A stretch of DNA of 64,000 bases from Dehalococcoidia bacterium (GTDB taxonomy: Bacteria; Chloroflexota; Dehalococcoidia; UBA6926), in the NCBI GenBank assembly GCA_963666115.2, contig CAXXET010000007.1, forward strand, positions 64,001 through 128,000. Reading direction: 5' to 3'. A program made the position numbers and the translations under genes. Positions 51,011 to 58,193 of this stretch are shown here, one piece after another; the first letter of the stretch is position 1, and each line of letters opens with the position of its first letter. The notes under the pieces are model-generated. The model searched no databases, was not told the origin of the DNA, and was given only the letters and a program-made list of their open reading frames with translations.

Positions 51011-51295
51011 ATGTGCACCTGGATAGTCCAATCCGCAGAACTGAACGGCAGCGGCAAGTCCGCAGACGGCTGGATCCCCATCACGAAGGCCAACGTCTGC
51101 TATGACCATCCCGCCCACGCCTTCATGGACCACAGCGTCAACATCGACTTCGTCAACGAGAACGGCGCGCTGGGAGACCGTGTCGCCGTGGAGATCAGCG
51201 CGGAGTCGGCGCGGCAGCTCGTGGACGCGATACTCGCCGCGCTGGAAGAGGGCAGCAAGGAGCACGGAGACTTGCTGGCCGCCGGCAGCGGTTAA
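51011..51295 (+). CDS. DUF6295-like small protein
   Basis: MCTWI..GSGK...GW....YDHPAH...DF......RVAVEISAESA. Confidence 0.7.
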   Translation: MCTWIVQSAELNGSGKSADGWIPITKANVCYDHPAHAFMDHSVNIDFVNENGALGDRVAVEISAESARQLVDAILAALEEGSKEHGDLLAAGSG

Positions 51296-51370
51296 ATCCG
51301 TATGATGGAACGGTGAGCGGCGCCGAGCGAATGGGCGCTGCCGGCTACGGTACGTGAAAGGACGGATGAC

Positions 51371-51937
51371 ATGGTGAACGGCGCTGGTGACGGCGGACGG
51401 CAGTTGCAAACGGCCACGCTCGGCGGCGGGTGCTTCTGGTGCCTGGAGGCCGTGTACGAGCTGGTCGACGGCGTCGAAAGCGTCGTGTCCGGCTATGCGG
51501 CGGGCCACGTCGCAAACCCCACCTATGAGCAGGTCTGCACCGGAACGACCGGCCATGCCGAGGTGACGCAGATCACGTTCGACCCGCAAGTCGTTTCGTT
51601 CGCCCACCTGCTGGACATCTTTTTCACAATCCATGATCCAACGACCCTCAATCGGCAGGGCTACGACGTCGGCCCGCAGTACCGTTCGATCATCCTCCAC
51701 CACGACGACGAGCAGAAAACGGAGGCGGACGCCGCGATCAAGCGGGTGGCGGACGAGGGGCTGTACCGGGAGCCCGTCGTGACCCAGGTGGAGCCGCTGG
51801 ACGTCTTCTATCGCGCGGAGGACTACCACCAGGAGTATTTCCGCAGCAACCCCGGCGCGTCATACTGCCAGGTCATCATCGAGCCAAAGGTCGCCAAGTT
51901 CCGCCAAAAGTACCTGGCAAACGTAGCAACTGCCTAA
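51371..51937 (+). CDS. msrA: Peptide-methionine (S)-S-oxide reductase
   Basis: GGCFWC, TGHAEV, AEDYHQ. Confidence 0.96.
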   Translation: MVNGAGDGGRQLQTATLGGGCFWCLEAVYELVDGVESVVSGYAAGHVANPTYEQVCTGTTGHAEVTQITFDPQVVSFAHLLDIFFTIHDPTTLNRQGYDVGPQYRSIILHHDDEQKTEADAAIKRVADEGLYREPVVTQVEPLDVFYRAEDYHQEYFRSNPGASYCQVIIEPKVAKFRQKYLANVATA

Positions 51938-51973
51938 ATCCCCTCTCCCTGAGGGAGAGGGTTAGGGTGAGGG
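51937..51973. repeat. CCCTCTCCC/GGGAGAGGG-type REP-like element, copy 2
   Basis: AATCCCCTCTCCCTGAGGGAGAGGGTTAGGGTGAGGG. Confidence 0.75.
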
Positions 51974-51982
51974 GGTGTACCA

Positions 51983-52387
51983 ATGAGCACAACAGAAGAC
52001 GCTCGCTACCGCGAAAAGCTGACGGACATGCAGTACCACGTGACCCAGGAAAAGGGCACGGAGCCGCCCTTCACCGGCATCTACTGGAACGAGCATGAGC
52101 CCGGCGTCTACCGCTGCATCTGTTGCGATACGCCCCTGTTCAGTTCCAAGACCAAGTACGACTCCGGCACGGGGTGGCCCAGCTTCTACGAGCCGCTGGC
52201 GGACGCGGTCATCAAGGAGGAACAGGACCGCTCGTTCGGCATGATCCGCACGGAGGTCATGTGCGGGAAGTGCGGCGCGCACCTCGGACACCTCTTCCCG
52301 GACGGCCCTGCCCCAACCGGCCTCCGCTACTGCCTCAATTCCGCCTCGCTCCGGCTCGATGCCGAGTCCGCCTCCGAGTCCGCCTAA
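51983..52387 (+). CDS. msrB: Peptide-methionine (R)-S-oxide reductase
   Basis: [30 protein letters not shown]. Confidence 0.96.
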   Translation: MSTTEDARYREKLTDMQYHVTQEKGTEPPFTGIYWNEHEPGVYRCICCDTPLFSSKTKYDSGTGWPSFYEPLADAVIKEEQDRSFGMIRTEVMCGKCGAHLGHLFPDGPAPTGLRYCLNSASLRLDAESASESA

Positions 52388-52449
52388 CGCTGTACCCTAG
52401 GCGATATACTAAACGCGGCGGAATCAACCGGGAGGCGGCACGCGAGACC

Positions 52450-52734
52450 ATGGTGGCAAGCTTAAAAGTTCCGACGGCCATGCGGCGCATCACGGACGGC
52501 GTCGACCGTATCGACGTGCCTGCGGGGTTGCTGACGGACGCGCTGGACATCCTGGAGGAGCGCTTCCCCGGCATAAAGACGCGGGTGCTGGACGACGTCA
52601 CCGGCGATATTCACCCGTTCGTCTCCATTTTCCTGAATGACAACGACATCATGTACTTGCGTGGGCTTGAGACGGAAGTAAAAGACGGCGATGAGATCGT
52701 CATCGTGCCGGCAATCGCGGGGGGCGCGGCATGA
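52450..52734 (+). CDS. MoaD/ThiS/CysO-family ubiquitin-like sulfur carrier
   Basis: VPTAMR..T...FPG...IFLNDNDI...GLET....GDEIVIVPAIAGGAA. Confidence 0.88.
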   Translation: MVASLKVPTAMRRITDGVDRIDVPAGLLTDALDILEERFPGIKTRVLDDVTGDIHPFVSIFLNDNDIMYLRGLETEVKDGDEIVIVPAIAGGAA

Positions 52735-52757
52735 TTTACCGGAGGCGCAGCCGCGAC

Positions 52758-52856
52758 ATGACGCAGACCCTGATGTGGGTCGGCGTCGTCCTGATCGTCC
52801 TGCTGCTGATCATCGCCGCCTTCAAGAGCGGCGATTCCCCGCGGGAAGCCGACTAA
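52758..52856 (+). CDS. 32-aa single-TM small protein (not in ORF track)
   Basis: GGAGG upstream; MTQTLMWVGVVLIVLLLIIAAFKSGDSPREAD* with host-like codons. Confidence 0.6.
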   Translation: MTQTLMWVGVVLIVLLLIIAAFKSGDSPREAD

Positions 52857-52889
52857 TCCGTCTCTCATTCGACTGAACCCTGGACGTCA

Positions 52890-52922
52890 ACAGGCCCGGA
52901 CTCCTTCAAAGTCCGGGCCTGT
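52890..52922. terminator. Perfect 13-bp hairpin, possibly a bidirectional terminator
   Basis: ACAGGCCCGGACT-CCTTCAA-AGTCCGGGCCTGT. Confidence 0.7.
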
Positions 52923-52930
52923 CGTGCGAT

Positions 52931-53015
52931 CGCACCGTGCTTCGGGCGGTTTGTGCGGGCGCTCCGTGCGGGGCGCCACTGGCCGCCCTGTTTGCCTCGC
53001 TATGGCGGGGTGGCT
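52931..53015 (+). ncRNA. Candidate structured RNA (three hairpins with G-U pairs on the + strand)
   Basis: cUUCGg-capped stem 52934-52950, GGCGCTCC/GGGGCGCC 52958-52977, GGCCGCCCTG/CGGGGTGGCT 52981-53015. Confidence 0.3.
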
Positions 53016-53036
53016 GATCTGGTGCCGCTCAGCGGC

Positions 53037-53111
53037 TCAGCCGGTGCCCTCCACAGCGAGGCGCGCGTAAGGGAACTTCCGTGTGACGTACTCCGCGTAC
53101 AACCGCATCAT
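53037..53111 (-). CDS. 24-aa small peptide (not in ORF track)
   Basis: AAGGAGG SD (53121-53127); MMRLYAEYVTRKFPYARLAVEGTG*. Confidence 0.55.
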   Translation of the reverse strand: MMRLYAEYVTRKFPYARLAVEGTG

Positions 53112-53182
53112 GCCGTCTTCCCTCCTTGACGCCGGCGCCCCGGGGGCGCCGTTTCTGCGGGGCCGCAACCCCTGTACACGGC

Positions 53183-53211
53183 ACTCTACGCATGAGGCGA
53201 TAACGTGTCAA
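53183..53211 (-). promoter_or_regulatory. Near-consensus sigma70 promoter driving the 24-aa ORF
   Basis: TTGACA-N17-TAGAGT on the - strand. Confidence 0.65.
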
Positions 53212-53283
53212 CATTGTGCGGAAAATCACTAATGGCGTGGTTGGGGCGTATGCTGGATGGACGATTAAAGGTCGATTTTCGAT

Positions 53284-54339
53284 ATGGCGCTTGCGTACAC
53301 ACTCGGATTGCGCGCCCTCAGCCTCGTGGGCGTGGTGTTCGTTGTCCTTCTGCTCGTTGTCGTGACGCTTGGCGCGACGGGATTCTCCGACCGCATGTTG
53401 ACCGCCATCGTCTCGGAAGAGATGCGCGGGACACGCCAGGCCCTGGCAGAAACGATCAAAGACCCGGAGCGGCTCGAAGAGACCCTGCGGGAGCGGCGCG
53501 CGGAACTCGAAGAGTTCTACGGACTTGACCGCCCCTGGTACACGCGGCTGCCCGGCATGGTCGGGCGAGTCCTGACCCTTGACCTCGGCTCCGCGCGCAA
53601 CCTGCGGAGTTTCGACGGCTCGTCGCGCGTCACGGACATCGTCCTGGAGCGCGTGCCGTATTCGATCATGCTGGTAACGACGTCGCTCGTCATCACGGCC
53701 ATCATCGGCTTATGGCTCGGCGCAAAACTGGCGACGCGCGTGGGCACACGGAGCGACCGCCTCGCATCCTACCTCGCCGCCGCGTCGAACGCCCTGCCCG
53801 CGTGGTGGGCGGGCATCCTGCTCATCCTCGTCCTCTCGTTCCAACTGCGGATATTCCCCTCCGGCGGCTTATACAGTTCTCCACCGCCCGATGGCGGCCT
53901 GCTGCGGTTCATGGACCTGCTCTGGCACGCCGCGCTGCCCATCCTGACCCTCGTGCTGGTCTCCGTGGGCGCGTGGACGTACGTGGTGCGAACCATGCTC
54001 CTGAACACCGCGCAGGAGTTCCACGTGACGGCGGCCCGGGCGCGGGGGCTGCCGGAGGGACAGGTGATGCGGCGGCATATCCTGCGCGTGGCCGCACCGC
54101 CCATCGCCACGAATATCATCCTCGCCCTGACCGGCTCCATCGGCGGGGCAATCCTGACGGAGACGGTCTTCAACTGGCCGGGAATGGGGCGGCTGTATTT
54201 CGACGCCATCACGACGGCGGATGAGGCCGTCATCGTCGCGCTGACGTTCATGTTCACCCTGATGTACGTCGCGGCGCGGTTTGTGCTGGAGGTGCTGTAC
54301 GTGGTTCTTGACCCGCGCGTGAGGTATACGGCGCAATGA
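53284..54339 (+). CDS. Peptide ABC transporter permease (DppB/OppB-like)
   Basis: FYGLDRP, LWHAALP, TAARARGL, ETVFNWPGMG, LDPRV. Confidence 0.9.
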   Translation: MALAYTLGLRALSLVGVVFVVLLLVVVTLGATGFSDRMLTAIVSEEMRGTRQALAETIKDPERLEETLRERRAELEEFYGLDRPWYTRLPGMVGRVLTLDLGSARNLRSFDGSSRVTDIVLERVPYSIMLVTTSLVITAIIGLWLGAKLATRVGTRSDRLASYLAAASNALPAWWAGILLILVLSFQLRIFPSGGLYSSPPPDGGLLRFMDLLWHAALPILTLVLVSVGAWTYVVRTMLLNTAQEFHVTAARARGLPEGQVMRRHILRVAAPPIATNIILALTGSIGGAILTETVFNWPGMGRLYFDAITTADEAVIVALTFMFTLMYVAARFVLEVLYVVLDPRVRYTAQ

Positions 54340-55769
54340 GGCCCGGCGAGGCGCTGCGCGTCGTTCTCAAATCAGGCTCAGGGCGGCTGGGCATCGGCCT
54401 GCTGGCCGTCCTCGTCTTCGTCTCCATGCTCGTGCCGTTCTTCTACCCGCTGGATTTCGGCCTGCGGTTCTGGAACAACCCCATCGCCTGGGCGGACAAC
54501 CCGAAAGCCGCCCCGCCCGCCTGGACGAACCTCGTTGGCGACCAAGCCCCGCGCCATCGTGTCTTCGACGCCGAAACACCCACGCAGGAGATCCCGACCG
54601 GCCCGGCAACGACGCGCCTCTATTCCTTCACGTTCGACCATGAGTCTGAGTCGCCGCCCACATTCCTCTCCGTGTCCGTCGGCAAGGTCACGTTCCACGA
54701 CAGGCCGCCGGTAATCTCGATGACCCTTGCGCGGCCCGATGGACGCTCGGCAACGATCCTGCAAGAGGTCGTGCGCGGACAGCGTCCCGATGAAACTCCG
54801 CCCGTCACGCGGTTCGCAGATGAGCCCCGCCGCATCTACCTGACGGGAGATGCCAACGCGCTCACTGCGGCAACCGGCTTTCTGCAGCGTGAGTTCGACG
54901 TGCGCCTCACCGAAGCGGAGATGCAGGGCAACCTGGAGGCGGCGCTCTTCGGCGCGCCCGCGAACAGCGATGCCGCAGAATTCACGCCGTTGACGGGTGA
55001 ATACACCGCAACGATCCGCGTCGTCACCTATGATCCGCGCGACTCGGTGGAGAGCGTGCGCTTCGTGGCGGCAGGCGGCGTGTTCGGGTTGATGGGAACG
55101 GACACGCAGGGGCGCAACCTTGCGACGGGGCTGCTGTTCGGGTTCCCCGTCGCGCTCATCATCGGCATATTAACAAGCGTGGCCGCCACCATCCTCGGCA
55201 CGTTCTTCGGCATCCTCAGCGGCTTCTCCGGCGGCAGGACGGACACCATCATCCAGCGGCTGTCCGACGTGATGACGAACATCCCGCTGCTGCCCATCCT
55301 CATCTTCCTCATCTTCGTTCTCGGCCAGAAACTCTGGCTGGTGATGACGATTCTCGTGATATTCGGCTGGCCCGGGCTGACCATCATCCTCCGCTCGATG
55401 GTGCTGCAAGTGCGCTCGGGGCAGTTGGTGGAGGCGACGCAGGCCCTCGGAGCGTCGCGGTGGCGCATCATGTTCCGGCACGTCTTCTTCCAGATGGCGC
55501 CGTTCATCGTCGCGCAGATGATCTTCTTCACGCCGGCGGCCATTCTCGCTGAGGCGGGGCTGAGCTTCCTGGGCCTCGGCGACCCGTCCCTGCCGACGTG
55601 GGGACAGATCCTCGAGCAGGGATTCCGCACCGGCGCAATCTTCATCGGCTACTGGTGGTGGATACTGCCGCCCGGCATCCTCATCGTGATCACCGCCATG
55701 ACGTTCGTGCTATTGGCGCTGGCAATGGAGCCGGTTCTTAATCCGCGCCTCCGGGAGACGGCGGCATGA
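54336..55769 (+). CDS. Peptide ABC transporter permease (DppC/OppC-like) with a large extracellular insert
   Basis: W.DNPK.APP.W, MGTDTQGR, EATQALGAS, LSFLGLGDP, WWWILPPG. Confidence 0.9.
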   Translation: MRPGEALRVVLKSGSGRLGIGLLAVLVFVSMLVPFFYPLDFGLRFWNNPIAWADNPKAAPPAWTNLVGDQAPRHRVFDAETPTQEIPTGPATTRLYSFTFDHESESPPTFLSVSVGKVTFHDRPPVISMTLARPDGRSATILQEVVRGQRPDETPPVTRFADEPRRIYLTGDANALTAATGFLQREFDVRLTEAEMQGNLEAALFGAPANSDAAEFTPLTGEYTATIRVVTYDPRDSVESVRFVAAGGVFGLMGTDTQGRNLATGLLFGFPVALIIGILTSVAATILGTFFGILSGFSGGRTDTIIQRLSDVMTNIPLLPILIFLIFVLGQKLWLVMTILVIFGWPGLTIILRSMVLQVRSGQLVEATQALGASRWRIMFRHVFFQMAPFIVAQMIFFTPAAILAEAGLSFLGLGDPSLPTWGQILEQGFRTGAIFIGYWWWILPPGILIVITAMTFVLLALAMEPVLNPRLRETAA

Positions 55770-56749
55770 CGAACCACAATACGCCCCTGCTCTCCGTCCG
55801 CGAGCTGCGCCTGTCCTACGCAGCCGACCGCGGCGACGTGCGTGCCGTGGACGGGGTGTCGTTCGATTTGGAGCAGGGCAAAACGCTGGCCATCGTCGGC
55901 GAGTCCGGCTCCGGCAAGACCAGCCTCGCGCTCGCCCTGCTCCGCCTCCTCCCCCGCAACACCTCCAAGTTTGAAGGACAGGTCACGCTCAACGGCATGG
56001 ACTGCATGGCGCTGTCCGACGGCGACTTTCGAAGCCGCGTGCGCTGGCGGCAGATTTCAATGGTCTTCCAGGGCGCGACGGAATCGCTCAACCCGATCTA
56101 CAAGGTGGGGCATCAGGTTCGGGAAATCTTAACATCCCGCGGCGGCCAATCACGCGACGCGGCGGACGAGCGCGCGCGCGAGCTGCTGGACATGGTGCGG
56201 CTGCCGCCGGAGACGTTCAACCGCTACCCGCATGAACTGAGCGGCGGCATGAAGCAGCGCATCGCCGTCGCCTCCGCGCTCGCGCTCGATCCCACGCTGA
56301 TCCTGCTGGACGAGCCAACGTCCGCGCTTGACGTGGGCGTGCAGGCGCAGATCATGAACCTGTTCAAGCGGCTCAAGTCGAACCTCGGCATCGCGTCCGT
56401 CTTCATCAGCCACGACATCGCACTCGCAAGCGACCTGGCCGACTACATCGGCGTGATGTACGCGGGGCGGCTTGTGGAGATCGGCCCGTCGGAGGATATT
56501 CTCGGCGCGCCGTCCCACCCCTACACGCAGAAGCTGCTGGCCGCCATCCCTCGTCTCCGTTCGGACGACCCGCTGGAGTTCATTCCGGGCGCGCCTCCCG
56601 ATCTGTCCGACCCGCCAACGGGCTGCCGGTTCCACCCCCGCTGCCAATTCGCAATGGACAGGTGCCGCACTGAGGACCCGGGCAGCTTTGCGACGCCAAG
56701 CGGCCGGTCGACGGCAGCATGTTGGCTCCTGGATGAGGCGGCGTCATGA
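55766..56749 (+). CDS. Peptide ABC transporter ATPase (DppD/OppD-like)
   Basis: GESGSGKT, YPHELSGGMKQR, HPYT, GCRFHPRC. Confidence 0.92.
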   Translation: MTNHNTPLLSVRELRLSYAADRGDVRAVDGVSFDLEQGKTLAIVGESGSGKTSLALALLRLLPRNTSKFEGQVTLNGMDCMALSDGDFRSRVRWRQISMVFQGATESLNPIYKVGHQVREILTSRGGQSRDAADERARELLDMVRLPPETFNRYPHELSGGMKQRIAVASALALDPTLILLDEPTSALDVGVQAQIMNLFKRLKSNLGIASVFISHDIALASDLADYIGVMYAGRLVEIGPSEDILGAPSHPYTQKLLAAIPRLRSDDPLEFIPGAPPDLSDPPTGCRFHPRCQFAMDRCRTEDPGSFATPSGRSTAACWLLDEAAS

Positions 56750-57768
56750 CGACTGGGCAAATCATCACCGCTGCGGACGCAACGAACCCGGCGCCGATGC
56801 TGGAACTGCGGGACGTGGCGATGCACTTCAAGTCACGCGGACGCGGATTCCGCACGACGACGGTGCGGGCATTGGATGGCGTTTCCCTAACGCTGGATCG
56901 CGGCGAGACCATCGCCATCGTGGGCGAGTCCGGCTGCGGCAAGACAACGTTGGGGCGCGTCTCACTGCGTCTATTGGAACCGACGGCTGGGCGTGTGCTC
57001 TTCAACAACCAGGACATCACTGAGTTCAAAGATGGCCAGCTTAAAGAGTTTAGGCGGCGGGCGCAGGGCATCTTCCAGGACCCGTTCACGAGCCTCGATC
57101 CCTACATGACCATCCGCCAGATCGTTGAGGAGCCGCTCGTCATCCATGGCGAGGGGTCGCCCTCCGAGCGGCTGGAGCGCGTGGAATGGGCGCTGGACGA
57201 AGTGCGGATACGGCCGGCGTCAGATTTCCTCGACCGCTTCCCCCACTTATTGTCAGGCGGCCAGCGTCAGCGTGTCGGCATCGCGCGGGCATTGACCCTG
57301 ACGCCTGAGTACATCCTTGCCGATGAACCCGTCTCCATGATCGACGCCTCAAGCCGCGCTGAGATACTCGCGCTGCTGCGCGAACTGCAAGAGCGGCATC
57401 GCATCGGCTATCTCTACATCACGCATGACATCGCGACGGCGCGGCGCTTCGCGCCGACTGCCGCCGTCATGTACCTGGGACGCGTCGTCGAACAGGGCCC
57501 AACGGCGCAACTGATCAGCAACCCTCTCCACCCCTACACGCAAGGGCTACTGGACGCGGTGCCGGAGCCTGACCCGTCGAACCGTCTCGCGGAGCGCCCC
57601 GTCCTCCCCGGCGAAGCCCCAAGCCCCGCCAACGTCCCAACCGGCTGCCGCTTCCACCCCCGCTGCCCCGCATTCATATCCGGCCTCTGCGACACCACCC
57701 CGCCGCCGCTGGTAGAGATAGAACCCAACCGAACCGTGGAATGCCACCTCTACGGCGAAACCGTTTGA
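56746..57768 (+). CDS. Peptide ABC transporter ATPase (DppF/OppF-like)
   Basis: GESGCGKT, LSGGQRQR, DEPVSMID, GCRFHPRC. Confidence 0.92.
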   Translation: MTTGQIITAADATNPAPMLELRDVAMHFKSRGRGFRTTTVRALDGVSLTLDRGETIAIVGESGCGKTTLGRVSLRLLEPTAGRVLFNNQDITEFKDGQLKEFRRRAQGIFQDPFTSLDPYMTIRQIVEEPLVIHGEGSPSERLERVEWALDEVRIRPASDFLDRFPHLLSGGQRQRVGIARALTLTPEYILADEPVSMIDASSRAEILALLRELQERHRIGYLYITHDIATARRFAPTAAVMYLGRVVEQGPTAQLISNPLHPYTQGLLDAVPEPDPSNRLAERPVLPGEAPSPANVPTGCRFHPRCPAFISGLCDTTPPPLVEIEPNRTVECHLYGETV

Positions 57769-57793
57769 CGCTCCGCCCCCCGCTCGGCATAAT
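57765..57793 (+). promoter_or_regulatory. Sigma70 promoter for tRNA-Trp
   Basis: TTGACG-N17-CATAAT. Confidence 0.6.
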
Positions 57794-57809
57794 TGCGTGG
57801 CGTATGTGC

Positions 57810-57886
57810 AGGAGCGTAGCTCAGTCCGGAAGAGCAACGGTCTCCAAAACCGTCGGTCGGGGGTTCGAATCCCTCCGCTCCTGCCA
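57810..57886 (+). tRNA. tRNA-Trp(CCA)
   Basis: ACGGT-CTCCAAA-ACCGT anticodon arm, GGTTCGAATCC, 3' CCA. Confidence 0.95.
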
Positions 57887-57966
57887 ACGCGCTCCGGCGT
57901 GAGAGCCCAAAAGGCTCAAATCGTTGTCACAGGGCCAGACGCGCCCGCGCAGGCGGGCGATCAGAT

Positions 57967-58053
57967 GCCGAGGTGGTGGAATTGGTAGACACGCTGTCTT
58001 GAGGGGGCAGTGGGCGAAAGCTCGTAGGAGTTCAAATCTCCTCCTCGGCACCA
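57967..58053 (+). tRNA. tRNA-Leu(GAG)
   Basis: CTGTC-TTGAGGG-GGCAG anticodon arm, long variable arm, 3' CCA. Confidence 0.95.
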
Positions 58054-58115
58054 CCCTCTGGACAACGACGCCACGATTGGTACTCTGTCAGTGACACGGC
58101 ATCAGCCGGAACCGG

Positions 58116-58192
58116 GGCGACGTAGCCAAGTGGTTTAAGGCGGGGGACTGCAAATCCCCTATTCGTGGGTTCGAATCCCGCCGTCGCCTCCA
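58116..58192 (+). tRNA. tRNA-Cys(GCA)
   Basis: GGGGA-CTGCAAA-TCCCC anticodon arm, U73 discriminator, 3' CCA. Confidence 0.95.
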
Positions 58193-58193
58193 T

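Noticed and set aside
52890-53211. RNase P, tmRNA or SRP RNA
   Set aside because: No GAGGAAAGUCC, no tRNA-like ends or ALAA-type tag, no SRP GGAA/AGCAG motif
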